NCBI RefSeq assembly: GCF_004010195.1 | Contig: NC_057720.1 | Location: 7,739,117 to 7,803,116, forward strand | Direction: 5' to 3' | DNA length: 64,000 nucleotides | Source of the DNA: Chiloscyllium plagiosum | Lineage: Eukaryota | In this document: positions 24,261-37,482 of the stretch, piece after piece | How positions within the stretch are numbered: the first letter of the stretch is position 1 | Layout of the letters: each line of letters opens with the position of its first letter | Notes under the pieces: model-generated | What the model saw: only the letters and a program-made list of their open reading frames with translations | Told to the model about the DNA's origin: nothing | Database searches by the model: none | Translations under genes and position numbers: made by a program

Positions 24261-24726
24261 AGTTCAAGGATTTGGACCCAGCTATGGAGCAGCAGTGGCA
24301 CCATATTTCCATATTGGTTTGGCTTGTGATTTGGTGAGAAACTCAGGAGCTAGTGTCCTTCCCATTTACCAGCTCCTTTGTCTCTTGAGAGTTTGAATAT
24401 GACAATTGTAAACACAAGACCCAATGCTTCAGTACTGTGTTCATGGAGCTGTTCACTGCCTCGTGAAATGGAGACAGTTTCCATGAATCTGATTCAGGGA
24501 CACAGGGGAGACTGGGAGTGAGATGGCTCCATCTGAAGAAAATCAGACTGCTTTCCCTTTTCCTCGACAAATATCCACCCTCAACCCCTGCCCTAACAAA
24601 TAAGACGATAATGCAAAAATCAACAGGTTTGTGGGACTCCATTGTTGTGGTGCAGAATGGTCACCACATTCATCCACATGACTCTTCAAAAGTAAGTCAT
24701 TGGACATGGACTGCTAGGAGACATTT

Positions 24727-25092
24727 AGAATCAGAGTCATGCAGCACAAAAACAGACTCTTCGGTCCAACTCATCCATGCCGACTTGATATCCTAAACTG
24801 ATCTAGTCCTATTTGCCAGCCTTACCCCTCTAAACCCTTCCTATTTATGGACCCATCAAGACCTCCCAACTCCGATACTCAATGCGCTGACCAATAAAGG
24901 GAAGGATACCAAATGCTCTCTTCTCCACCCTGTCAACCTGTGACTCCACTTTCAAGGAACTATGTACCTGCACTCTAAGGTCTCTTTGTTCAGCAACACT
25001 CCCCAGGACCCGACCATTAACTATATATGTTCTACCCTGGTTTGCCTCTCCAAAGTGCAACACCTCATATTATCTAAATTAAACTCCATTTG
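24727..25092 (-). mobile_element. CR1 LINE fragment with internal deletion
   Basis: HFGEANQGRTYIVNGRVLGSVAEQRDLRVQVHSSLKVESQVDRV peptide. Confidence 0.85.
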
Positions 25093-25744
25093 AGGTGTGA
25101 CAAGGAACAGGAGAAAATGCAAATCTTTCTATAATGACATTATTAGGAAGACACATGGCACTAGAATCATTTAAATGGGCCGAACTGCATTTCACCGTGT
25201 TTGTGTGCAAGTTGACGCATTTTCACAGATATCAGTGCAGATGCACAAACAGTTTGTAGCTGATATGACGTTAAAGCTGTTGAAATGGTGTGATACGGCA
25301 TAATAAAAAGATGAAGCAGCATTGGTACAAGGAGCCACCATGGGATCACAGCTAGTTGTCTTGTCCATCCTATTTTGAATGCATGTGTGCACGTCCGGAT
25401 TTAGAGGGGCTATCATAGTTAATGATTATCCATTTTGCCACTTACAGGAACATAGGAGCAGGAGTAGGACATTCAGCCCTTTGAATCCTGTTCCATCATT
25501 CAATGGAGATTATGGCCAAACTCCATTGACCTGCCTTTGGCCCATATCCTCTCATACCTTTGCTGAACAAAAATTTATCTATATAAAAGTTTTAAAATTA
25601 ACAACTGATCCTATATCCACTGTTATTTATGGAAGACAGTACAGAATAATACACATTGGTGTATATTTACATATTATTTATAAAAATGTGCAAATAAAAC
25701 ACACACACAAAAATAAACATTAAAAACGTTGATATAACGTTTCC

Positions 25745-26050
25745 AAGATGCGCTGCGAAATTCACCAAAAGATCCTCAGACAACACCTTCCAAACTCCGA
25801 AACTTCCATCTCGAAGGACAAGGGCAGCAGATACATTGGAACACCACCCCCTGGAAGCTCCCCTCCAAGACGTTCATCAGCCTGACTTGGAAATGTATCG
25901 CTGTTCCTTCACGGTCACTGGGTCAAAATCCTGGAACTCCTTCTCTAAAGGACTTTGTGGGTCAGTTCAGGAAGGCAACTCACATCCACCTTCTCAAGGG
26001 GCAATAAGGGACAGCACAGTCAGCGACACCCATAGCATGAGTGAATTTCC
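25745..26050 (+). mobile_element. 3' end of a second CR1-group LINE family
   Basis: caagatgcgctgc...gggtcaaaatcctggaactcc...ccttctcaaggggcaataaggg; same family as 52050-52740. Confidence 0.65.
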
Positions 26051-26324
26051 AAAAAAACCTGGTGTGAGCTCCCTTTGCCCTAGATAGCAGTAACAGTTAT
26101 GTAGATTAATCACTTTAGTGATTCGAATGACAGTTACACATTTACGATAGCTCAGGAAATAGTGGGAAAGGTTACCACTGTGTTCCTCCAATCAGGGTCA
26201 TGACACTGCAACACATTCATATTTTTGAAATGTATTTAATTAGAAGTAAAGCCCTTTGTGATAACCTCGGGAACTATAAAATCCAATTTCTTTCTCAAAT
26301 AATAAGTGTCAGAAGAAATTGTGT

Positions 26325-26870
26325 TTCATTGTGTGCAGTTCTAGTCTCCACAGTACAGGAAGAATGTAGCGCTTTTGGAGAGGGTGCAAAAGAGGTTTAC
26401 CAAGATGGTGCCTGGATTGGAGTTTATTAGCTGTAAGGAACGTTTGGACAAACTTGAATTGTTTTCGCTAGAGCACTGGAGGTTGTTGGACGACCTGATA
26501 GATGTAAGTAAATTTATCAGAGGCGCAGATAGGGTGGATAATCGGAGTCTCTTTCCCAGGCTCAAAATACTCAGGGGCATATGTTTAAGGTGGGAGGGGA
26601 AAAGTTTAAAAGGAGTATATGAGGAATTTTTAAAAAAAACAGAGGGTGGTCGGTGCCTGGAACATGCTATCAAAGGGAGGTGGCAGCAGCAGATGCCATT
26701 GTAACATTCAAATCGGCATTTAGACAGACACATGAACAGGCAGGGAATACAGGAATATGGACCACGTGCAGGCAGATGGCTTCAGTTTAGAATGGTATTA
26801 TCTGGGCACAAACATAGTGGGCCAAAGGACTTGGTCCTGTACTGTGCTGTGCTGTTCTACGTTCTATTCA
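26325..26870 (+). mobile_element. CR1 LINE 3' part
   Basis: ERVQKRFTKMVPGL...ERLDKLELFSLE..RL..DLI peptide. Confidence 0.85.
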
Positions 26871-27964
26871 AAGAATCTGTAGAATTGTACTTCAATAAAC
26901 AAACAGTCTCCTTTTTTATTTAGTTTTTGCATGGGATGTGGACCATGCTGGCTAGGATGCAGTCTGTCCCTGATCGCCCTTCACAGTATGACTTTTTTGG
27001 CATTTTGAGAAGACAGTCAAGTTTCAACCCCATTACTGCGGCTGTGGCCTCTGATGTAGGCCAGATGGGGTAAGGAATGAGATTCCTTTCCCATATAACA
27101 TGACGAACTAGGTAGGATTTCAGAACAATCATGGTCACCATGACTTAGACAACTTTTTAATTCCTGGTTTTTGTTTTAAAAATTAGAACTTAAAATTGTC
27201 CAGCTTCCATGGTGATATTTGAACTTGCACTGTATACTGGGATCTCTGGATTTCAAAACCATCACAAAAACATCATTTTCAATTGCATGGAAATGCTTGA
27301 ACTTTAACTCTCACTGTGTGCCCAGAAGGAGAGATGGGGACATCTACAATATTCAGAAACTTATGGATTGCCACCCTTCCCATGGGGAATATGGTACCTC
27401 CCTGAAATAGGGAACAAGTAGGTGGATTCAATTTACCGTTTGCAAAACAGTTGCTTCTTTATGCTGCTGCCAATCTTACACTGACCACTTCATTACTCAC
27501 CACACTGGCAGTTCACCCTGAAGGTCAACAACCACAAATGTGGTTTGTAAGGCACCAGCTTCAGGCCTGTCCTAGCTCATTGTCCAGAAACTGGTCTTGC
27601 AACAAGTGCCACTCATTAAGAATTCAGACCGTAGCTTGACTCCATACTTTAGTTGATCCCATTTGGGATACAAAGTGCAATCATAATCCCTGTGCCAGCT
27701 TACTTAATACAGACTTAAGTCAAACTTGGCATCTGCTCGGTTTGAATCACAGAATTGTTACAGCGCAGAAAGAGGCTATTCAGCCCATCATGCCTGCACT
27801 GGTTCTATTAACCAGTACCAATCTCCGGCCTTCTTGGCAGATTCCTACAGATCATTTCTATCCAAATAGTCATCCAATGCATCCACCACTTCCCCAGGCT
27901 TGATTACTGAATGCTTTGATTGATTGCTTCACCGAATATGTCAAAACAAGCCTGTGTCAAGAAA

Positions 27965-28330
27965 GGATGTGTATTTATTCTGCATCCATGGGCCATTCCA
28001 AAGTGTTTCACAGTCCGATTACTGACTTTTCAAAAAAGTAACTGCAGAAAGCAATATGCACAAGGCAAGATCCCCTAAATGACAAATGGGATAAGTGAGC
28101 AGTTAATCCTTTTCCGCTAAATATCAGCCGAACTTTCCTGTTCTTCACATGTCATCGTGGACGTTTTGTTATGATCACTTGACAGGGCAGATGGGCTTCA
28201 CTTTACAACTCACCTCAAAGACAGCGCCTCCAACAGTGCAGCACTCTGCCAGCACTGCACTCGATTGTCAACCTGGATTATGTGTGCAATTACCAAATGG
28301 GGGGCTTGAATCTGATCTTTCTGACTGGTC
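27965..28330 (-). mobile_element. Degenerate Deu-domain SINE
   Basis: gcacaaggcaagatccc...cctccaacagtgcagcactctgccagcactgcac...ggcttgaatc. Confidence 0.55.
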
Positions 28331-29124
28331 AAGCACATTGTGATTTCCTTAAACTTAACATTAGCTTAGAAAAGAGTTGTGACGGTGGACGGCAATTTTC
28401 AAACTCATTATCAAAATGGACAGAGTATCTTAGAAGAGACAATTTGTTTCTCTTTTGAAAACAAACATTGCCAAGTTAGGGGTTTCAAAGACTCGGGGAT
28501 ATTGACAAAGATTTCACAGTATGATACTATTTACAACAGGCAGCTGCAGTCACTTCTTAACTTTGGGAAAACCTGCTGCAGCTTTGTCCCTCTACGTTAC
28601 AGAGGTGACAATTTAGTGTTCCTAAACAGACAGCAACATAAATCTCTCCCTTGTCTGCTCTCAAAAGTAGAGCAAGGTTACCTTTCTTGTTTCATCAGAG
28701 TGCGATGCTAATGAAAAAAGCTCCGTGGTTCACCACACGCCAGTGGGTGCAGGAAAAGTTACACAATTTCAAAACGCTTATTGTTCAAAAGATGGAAGGG
28801 AAGCATAGAAGGCAAGGAGATTTGACGTCCCAGGATTTTACAGCGTCAGTCCTGCAACTACTCTCCACCTCATTTATGAACACATTGCAAAGTTCCCTGT
28901 ATTATAATGATAGGAGCTTTATACCTGCTTGGTAGTTCAGAAGTTGAGTACTTCTGATAAAAGAAGGAGTTATTTTGCTGAGGCTTTTAGTCCAGCACTC
29001 ATTAGGAATTCTCTGATATTCTTGGGAATTCTGAATGGCACAGGATCTTTTAGCTCAGACTGGAGAAGGCACTTGGGTTCAACACATCATGATGTCTGTC
29101 GCTAAAACAGTGCGGTGCTCACAG

Positions 29125-29680
29125 AAACAGAAAATAGGAACAGGAATAGATCATTCAGCCCTTCAAGCCACCTCTAACAATCAATATAATCGTGGCTGAT
29201 CATCCTGCTCAGTCCCTATTCCCGCACTCACTCCAGACCCTTAGATTTCCTTTAGTCCTCAGAACTATATCTAACGTCTTCTTGAAAACATCCAATGTTT
29301 TGGTCACAACTGTTTTCTGCGACAGAGAATTCCACAGGCTCACTACTTCCCGGGTGAAGAAATGTTTCCTCACCTCAATTCTAAATGGTCTATCCAGTAT
29401 CCTTCGACTGTCACCCCTAGGTCTGGACCCCCTCAAACATCAGATCATCTTTCCTGTGTTTACCCTGTCCAGTATTGTTCCAATCTTATCAGATTCTACA
29501 AAATCCCCCCAATTCTCCTCAACTCCAGTGGAGCTTATACTTGAAATGTCAATGTTCCAGCTCCTTGGATGCTGCCTGACTGGCTGTGCTTTTACAGCGT
29601 CACACTTTTTGACTTCAGTGAATATAGTCCTATTTGATCCGATCTGTCCTCATACTGCCAACCCAGTATCTGGTAAACAG
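29125..29680 (-). mobile_element. CR1 3' end with an embedded PLE fragment (29530-29615)
   Basis: FRIEVRKHFFTREVVSLWNSL peptide; PLE block ggatgctgcctgactggctgtgc. Confidence 0.75.
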
Positions 29681-30465
29681 TTGCTCCTTCAGCTTAACTG
29701 AAGTATCGGTTTAGATTAGAAGCTGAAGAATTCAGAGTGGAACCTGAACACTGCCTTCTGAATCACAGGTGACAGTAACAGGTAGGTCCATCTTTGGACC
29801 CTCCCATCAATGTAAAAGATCTTTTCAAACTCTTTGCACCAGTATGCACTTTAGTCAGGAGTCTAAGACCAAGAATTTAACTCAGTAAATAACAAGCACT
29901 GCACTGGATTGTCAACCTGGATTATGTTGAAGAAACCTCCTGCTGACAATTCAGCTCTTGAGGATATACTGAGTCGGGGGACTCAGTAAATACCATGTTC
30001 TTTTCAAGGGGACACAATGTAAAACGTATTTATAAATACACATTTTGGCACTTTACGTTTATGTTTATGGGTGAATAATATATTCTTTGCTGTGTTTCTG
30101 AGGGCAATAATTAGCTTGTAAGTGCTTCTGATACCATGGTGATTTCTCTTGAAACAGTTCAAGAGAGCTACTTTGGCAGAATTAAAGGGGTTTTGTTGAC
30201 ATTAGTATGTTTTATGATTTAGTGATGTACAAGGTGCTTGTACATTAAGGTTTGTTAGAAAATGAGACTTAAAAAGGTTATTAACTTCAGGGGAATCACC
30301 AATAACAGAGGGAGATACTTCTTCAGATTTAATTTGGTTTGGACGTTCTGAGAAGTACTTTAGATAGAGACCTCTGTATCCAGAAGTGTTTCTGAAAAGG
30401 GGAGAATTTATAAAACAAAAACTACCTTAAAGCAAGGAACTAGCAATCGTCCCAGATCACAAGTC

Positions 30466-30802
30466 TCACAGAATCCCCACAGTGTGGAAGCAGGCTACTC
30501 AGCCCACACCGACCCTTCAAAGAGCATCCCAGCCAGGCCCATCCTCTTACCCTATCCCTGTAATCCCACATTCCCCATGGCTAATCCACTTAACCCATAA
30601 AACCCTTGACACTATGGGCAATTTAGCACAGCCAACCCACCTAACATGCACATCTTTGGACTGTGGGAGCAAACCAGCGCACCACAGTAAACCCAAGCAG
30701 ACACGGGAGGATGTCCACGCAGATAGTCACCTGAGGCTGAAATCAAACCGGAGTTCCTGGCTCTGAGGCAGTAGTGCTAACCACTGAGAAATCATGCCGC
30801 CC
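30466..30802 (-). mobile_element. Older HE1-like SINE
   Basis: Tail, gacactatgggcaatttagc, and head gaggcagtagtgctaaccactgag. Confidence 0.8.
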
Positions 30803-30921
30803 AACAGGTGTAAAAATAAAGAGGTTATGTGAAGCTGAGTATATTGAAATTCAAGTGCATGATAATTCCAGGAAGAAGCAATTAGTGTTTCCTTTCCGAG
30901 AGTTAGTCACATTTACCTTAA

Positions 30922-31497
30922 GCTGAAAATGTGTTGCTGGAAAAACGCAGCAGGTCAGGCAGCATCCAAGGAGCAGGAGAATCGACGTTTCAGGCATGAG
31001 CCCTTCTTCAGGAATGAGGAAAGTGTGCCAAGCAGGAAGAAGGGCTCATGTCCGAAATGTCGATTCTCCTGCTCCTTGGATGCTGCCTGACCTGCTGCGN
31101 NNNNNNNNNNNNNNNNNNNNNNNNNNNNNNNNNNNNNNNNNNNNNNNNNCTTGGTGGAGTGGGAGGGGGAGTTGAAGTGTTGAGCCACGGGGTGGTTAGG
31201 TTGGTTGGTCCAGGTGTCCCAGAGGCATTCTCTGAAACGTTCCGCAAGTAGATGGCCTGTCTCCCCAATATAGAGGAGGCCACATCGGGTGCAGCAGATG
31301 CAGTAAATGATGTGTATGGAGGTGCAGGTGAATTTGTGGCAGATATGGAAGGATCCCTTGGGGCCTTGGAGGGAAGTAAGGGGGAAGATGTGGGTACAAG
31401 TTTTGCATTTCTTGCGGTTGCTAGGGAAAGTGCCGGGAGTGGAGGTTGAGTTGATCCTTCCATATCCGCCACAAATTCACCTGCACCTCCACACATT
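30922..31497 (-). mobile_element. Penelope-like element with GIY-YIG endonuclease region and inverted termini
   Basis: Minus-strand stop-free frame ~31150-31444: STPGTFPSNRKKCKTCTHI...FTCTSIHIIYCICCTRCGLLYIGETGHLLAERFRECL...VAQHFNSPSH; TSD acatttacc(t/g)taag at 30909-30922 and 31503-31516. Confidence 0.88.
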
Positions 31498-31553
31498 TAA
31501 CTACATTTACCGTAAGTCTATTGAGGCCTTAGGAAAATATTTTGTCGTTGATG

Positions 31554-31733
31554 TACATTCATCCCCTTGTACCAATGGGGACCCACTGCAGAAGCCTGAA
31601 ACCATGGATAGGAGCAAAACCTGGTTCTGGAACATTCCCTATAAAATGTTCTGGCTGTGGTAAACTGTGGGTAACTGAAACTGCAGAAAAAGATTCTGCG
31701 AATATGGGGATATTGTGCTTTTTCAGTACTGTA
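31554..31733. mobile_element. Tigger/pogo-like MITE (MER8/Tigger2-like), degenerate
   Basis: Ends taca.tc.tcccc and gggga...tactgta; internal gggtaactgaaactgcagaaa block. Confidence 0.45.
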
Positions 31734-32591
31734 CAAGGAATACTATTATAGAACTTGTGTCGGAATATTTTAAGATTAATGGAATTATATATTTCCTTTA
31801 CTTGAATTGGTAATACAAGTAAATCACTTGGTTAATTCGATTTTGTCTTCATTTATTTGGTTAATAAACTTCTGTTGCGTTGTTCAAAAAAAACCTGCAA
31901 TATTGTATGCTTTTGTTTCAGTGAGAGGCCATAAGTTTAAATTTTAGAAAAAAAATCTACCAAACCAGGTTTCAGTTGGGGACCTGACAGGTCTAATAAT
32001 AATAACAACATCAGCTGGAATCACAGTAGATTGGTTTTAATTGGTTGCACTGGCCTGGGATCTGAAAGATATTAAAATAATTCAGAGTTTCTGCTCTTGA
32101 CTGGAATTCGGAAATCCCATGCTGACAGATTATCTACCCCAAAGATACTTTTGCAGGATCTGAAAAATGGGCCAGCACAGCAATATGGAGTTGTCCTTAC
32201 AGATGTCCTTTGGCAGGGTGGATGTATACAGAGCCACAGAAATATTACAGCACAGAAAGAGGCTATTCAGCCCATGAATAACCAGTTGCTGCCTGCCTGT
32301 ACTTATCTCCACATTCAAGGTGTAACTTACAGCAGTAGTCATGGGGGAAAAGAAAACTTGAGAAAATCATTTGGGAGAGCATCTAGCTCATTCCAAGAAG
32401 CTGCACACATTTCTAACAACACGTTTCCTTTGCAACAACCAGAGTAACTTGTTTTAAATGTTGTGCTTTTAAAAAAGGTAGTCAAACATCTCAAGGCATT
32501 TCCCCATTAATCAGACAAACACTTACACAAGGCCATTCGCTGTGACACTGGGAAAGGCAACAAAAGAATAGATCAAACTGGTAAATATTAA

Positions 32592-32914
32592 GATTAGATT
32601 AGATTAGATTACATTACAGTGTGGAAACAGGCCCTTCGGCCCAACAAGTCCACACCGACCCGCCGAAGCGAAACCCACCCCATACCCCTACATTTACCCC
32701 TTACCTAACACTACGGGCAATTTAGCATGGCCAATTCACCTGACCCTGCACATCTTTTGGACTGTGGGAGGAAACCGGAGCACCCGGAGGAAACCCACGC
32801 AGACACGGGGAGAACACACAAACTCCACACAGTCAGTCGCCTGAGGCGGGAATTAAACCCGGGTCTCAGGCGCTGTGAGGCAGCAGTGCTAACCACTGTG
32901 CCACCGTGCCGCCC
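32592..32914 (-). mobile_element. Young full-length HE1-like V-SINE inserted in an old L2-like fragment
   Basis: Near-identical to 5419-5737 and 46286-46615; short attaag duplication at the flanks. Confidence 0.93.
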
Positions 32915-33224
32915 ATTAAGTGGAGTGTCTTTAAGGAGAGGGAGAGGTGGAGACAGCAGAGACACCGAGGAATGGAATGTGAGTTCTGGGTCTTAGACAC
33001 CTGAAGACACGGCTGGTATCATGGGGTGAGTGAGGACGCAGTGTGCCAGGACAGGAGGCGTGCAGAGATTTTAAGAAGGTTTCAAAGATGGACGAGGGCA
33101 GAACAATGAAGGGATTCAAGCACGGAGGGAGTTAAAAAAAAAAAAGAGGCATTACTGCACCATGAGACAATGAATGTCAGTGAGAAATGGAGTGCTGGTT
33201 GAATAGAACCTGGGAAGAGTTAAG

Positions 33225-33990
33225 CAGTTATAGGGAGAGGCTGAACAGGCTGGGGCTGTTTTCCCTGGAGTTCGGAGGTTGAGGATAACCTTCTAGAGGT
33301 TTACAAAATTCTGAGGGACATTTGATTAGATTATTTACTTACAGCGTGGAAACAGGCCCTTCGGCCCAACAAGTCCACACCGACCCTCCGAAGAGCAACC
33401 CACCCAGATCCATCCCCCTACATTTACTCCTTCACCTAACACTATGGGCAATTTAGCATGGCCAATTCACCTAACGTGCACATTTTTGGGCTGTGGGAGG
33501 AAACCAGAGCACCAGGAGGAAACCCACGCAGACACGGGGAGAATGTGCAAACTCCACACAGACCGTTACCTGAGGCGGGAATTGAACCCAGGTCTCTGGC
33601 GCTGTGAGGCAGCAGTGCTAACCACTGTGCCACTGGGCCGACATGGATAGGATAAATAGACAACGTCTTTTCCCTGGGGTCGGGGAGTCCAGAACTAGAG
33701 GGCATAGGTTTAGGGTGAGAGGGGAAAGATATAAAAGAGACTTAAGGGGCAACTTTTTCACACAGAGGGTGGGACAGGAATGGAATGAGCTGCCAGAGGA
33801 TGTGGTGGAGGCTGGTAAATTAGCAACATTTAAAAGGCATTTGGATGGGTACATGAATAGGAAGGGTTTGGAGGGATATGGGCTGGGTGTTGGCAGGTGG
33901 AGCTAGATTGGATTGGGATATCTGGTCGGCATGGACTGGTTGGACCGAAAGGACCGTTTCCGTGCTATACATCTCTATGACGCGATGACT
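33225..33990 (+). mobile_element. CR1 3' end interrupted by HE1 (33323-33634, minus)
   Basis: MDRINRQRLFPGVGESRTRGHRFRVRG...FFTQRV..WNELP peptide. Confidence 0.9.
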
Positions 33991-34539
33991 CCAAGTTGGG
34001 GTTAAATTGAATAAATTTGGGAAAGAAAGAAGGACCAGAGATCGACAAACAAAACTCCTTTTTCCCATTGTCATTATCCTATTAGAGACCATGCTACTGA
34101 AAGCTGGGTGATACCTGTTTGCAGGCCCTGATTTTACAACGGATGTCGAGAGCAGTATGGAGCATGCCATTAACAACTCAAATATACCATTATATAAAGT
34201 ATACAGTCACTAAATATACAATTCAGAGCTGAATATTCTTTTGCTCCACACATTTGAGAGCTTAATTGCATACACAAGTATGTGCATCCATGTCTTGCAC
34301 TCCGTAACAGAAGATGATTACTTTCTGAAATAACAGTCTGCCAACTTCCATTTCATTCAAAAGGAGAATCATGAAAGCGGTTATGTTACAAATGTTATAA
34401 AAGTGATCAACAAAACACTAGATCTAAATTAAATAGTTTCTGGTTAAAAGATTGCCCATTTACTGGAATGAACAAACTTACAAAAAGGGGCTTAAGGAGA
34501 CTTAAATCATGCATTTCAAAAAGGTGCTGGTCAGAGGGA

Positions 34540-35182
34540 TGTTATTAAACTGGAAAAATGCACAAAGAAGGATGTTACAAGGATGTTACGGAGACTGGAG
34601 GGTTCGAGTTAGAAGGAGGGGCTGGAACTTTTTTTTACCTGGAGCATCGGAAGCTGAAGGATGACTTTCTGGTCTCTGTGCTATAGGAAGAATGTTGTGA
34701 AACTTGAAAGGGTTCAGAATGGATTTACAAGGATGTTGCCAGGTTTGGAGGGTTTGAGCTCTAGGGAGAGGCGGAGTAAGCTGGGGCTGTTTTCCCTGGA
34801 GCATCGGAGAGGTGACCTTGTAGAGGTTTATAATCATGAGGAACATGGATAGGAAAAATCGACAAGGTCTTTCCCCTAGGGTAGGGGAGTCTAAAACTAG
34901 AGGGTATAGGTTCAAGGCGAGAGGGAAAAGACATAAAAGGGACTCAAGGGGCAACTTTCTCATGCAGAGGCTGGTGTCTGTAAGGAATGATCTGCCAGAG
35001 GAAGTGGTGGAGGCTGGGAAAATTACAACATTGGAAAGACATTCGGACAGGTACACAGATAGGAAAGGTTTAGAGGGATATGGGCCAAATTCAGGCAAAT
35101 GGGAGGAGTTCAGTTTAGGAAACCTGGTTGGCACGGATGAGTTGAGCCAAAGCGTCTCCTTCTGTGCTGTTCGACTCTATGG
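34540..35182 (+). mobile_element. CR1 3' end
   Basis: YRKNVVKLERVQNGFTRMLPGL and SKTRGYRFKARG peptides. Confidence 0.88.
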
Positions 35183-36012
35183 TTTTGCCATCACAGTAAT
35201 TAACACTTGGGTTTCTCAAAGTACCTTTATCTTGCAGACCAATAGGTCTCATATGATATCTTTAAAAGGAAAAGAGCTGAAGAAAGGTGAACCAAGAGAA
35301 ATCCTGAGCTTTGAGCTATGTAGCAAAAAGGCACAGCCAAGACAGTAGTGCTGAAGGAAAGTGGGAAATGTACAAGGGGTGAAAATTGGAGGAACTCTTG
35401 GAGAGGTACATGCCTGCAGGATGTTGCGTGATACCAACAGCTTTGTGGTTAACCATGGACTAGATCAAAGCATTGTACAAAAGTTGTTTTCTAAACCAAT
35501 GGAAAGGGATGTTTGTAGCTGAAGATCTATCTTTAGTTACAGATATTCACCAGTGCCTCACCTGTGCCTGAGTGTACAATACAGTGGCCAACGTGAACCC
35601 ATTCCATGCCATCTGCCATATGAAGCTCCTCTATAGGTTATGATCTCAACTAATGTTATCACTGGACATGTCAGATCCCACACTGAAACCTGGCATGATA
35701 GATTATATTTTGTTTTGTTTTAATTTTAATGAAAGCAGTTTGTCAATGAAACATAAGCATGCAGTGTTGTTTCATTTTAACAATAAAACAGAAATCCATT
35801 AAACCAAAATAAATTAAACCAAACCATTTACTAATGACAACTTCAAAAGAGGTTTAAGTAAAACAGTAATTTCAATGATGCCAAAACGCTTCCTTTACAA
35901 GTTCAAAAACTACATTCTGCACATAATACCCAAAAGGAGCCCTTTTTAAAATACTCACACCAGAGAAAAAAAAAAAAAATTTCCTAACATGTTGATAGGC
36001 TTATATTAGGCG

Positions 36013-37482
36013 TAAGAACATAAGAACTAGTAATCAGGAGTAGGCCATTCAGCACCTCGAGCCTGCTCCGCCATTCAATAAGATCATGGCTGATCTCTTT
36101 GTAGAGTCAGCTCCTCTTACCCGCCCTCTCACTGTATCCCTTAACTCCTTTATTGTTCAAAACACATTTATCTTAGCTTTAAAAACATTTACTGAAGTAG
36201 CATCAACTGCTTCACTGGGCAGGGAATTCCATAGATTTACAACCCTCTGGGTGAAACAGTTCCTTCCCAGTTCAGTCCTAAATCTGCTCTCTCTAACCTT
36301 GAGGCTATGTCCTCTTGTCCTCGTCTCACCTGCCAGTGGAAGCACCCTCTCCATCTCGATCTTATCTATTCCTTTCATAATTTTCTATGTTTCTATAAGA
36401 TCCCCCCTCATTCTTCTGAATTCCAATGAATATAATCCCAATCACCCTCACCTTCACCCCCACTTGCATCCACCTACTGCACTCTCAGCTACCTTCCCCC
36501 CCAGCCCCACACCCTTCCCACTTGTCCCTTCACCCCAGAGGCTTCCTGCCTCATTCCTGATTAATGGCTTTTGCCCAAAACTTTGATTTTCCTGCTCCTC
36601 GGATGCTGCCTGACTGGCTGTGCTTTTCCAGCACCACTCTAATCTTGAATATAATCCCATTCTACTCAGTCTCTCCTCATAAACCAATCCTCTCAACTCC
36701 GGAATCAACCTAGTGAACCTCCTCTGCACCCCCACCTGGGCCAGTGCATCCTTTCTCAAGTAAGGACACAAACTGCACTCAGTATTCTAGGTGTGGCCTC
36801 ACCAGCACCTTGTAGAGCTGCAACATTACCTCATTGCTTTTAAACTTAATCCCTTTAGCAATGAAGGACAAAATTCCATTTGCCTTCTGAATTACTTGTT
36901 GTACCTGCAGGCCAACTCTCTGTGATTCATGCACAAGGACACCCAGGTCCCTCTGTATAGCAGCATGCTGCAACTTTTTACCATTCAAGTAATAATCCTT
37001 TTTACTGTTACTCCTACCAAAATGGATGACTTCACATTTATTAACATTGTATTCCATCTGCCACACCTTTGCCCACTCAATGTATCTAGTGTCTCCTGTG
37101 AAGACCGATACAAAATATCTCTTCAATGCCTCGGCCATTTCATCATATCCCATAATTAAACACCCCTTCTCATCATCTAAAAAACCAACGTTTCCTTTAA
37201 CCACTCTTTTTCATTTTATATATATATGGAAACCTTTGCTATCTGTCTTTATATTCTGTGCTAATTTTTTCTCATGTTCTATCTTACTTTTTGTTATAGC
37301 TCTTTTTGTGGCTTTCTGTTGATCTTTAAAGTTTTCCCAGTCTTCTAGTTTCCTGCGGTTTTTGGCCACTTTGTATGCGTTGTCTTTCAATTTGATAGGC
37401 TCCCTGGTTTCCTTCGCCACCCATGGCAGATTACCCCTTTATCTTACAGTTCTTCCTTTTCACTGGAATATACTTTTGTTGA
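36013..37482 (-). mobile_element. CR1 LINE ORF2 fragment with internal deletion, interrupted by a PLE terminal repeat
   Basis: EWAKVWQMEYNVNKCEVIHFG...QRDLGVLVH...LYKVLVRPHLEY; upstream HEKKLAQNIKTDSKGF. Confidence 0.9.
36441..36645 (+). mobile_element. PLE family 1 terminal repeat with perfect 14-bp TSD
   Basis: TSD tgaatataatccca at 36427-36440 and 36646-36659; degenerate cctgattaatggcttttgcccaaaac core. Confidence 0.85.

Noticed and set aside
27315..27401. Open 87-nt minus-strand exon candidate (GGTIFPMGRVAIHKFLNIVDVPISPSGHT)
   Set aside because: Weak donor, unrecognised peptide and no partner exons; compatible with chance.
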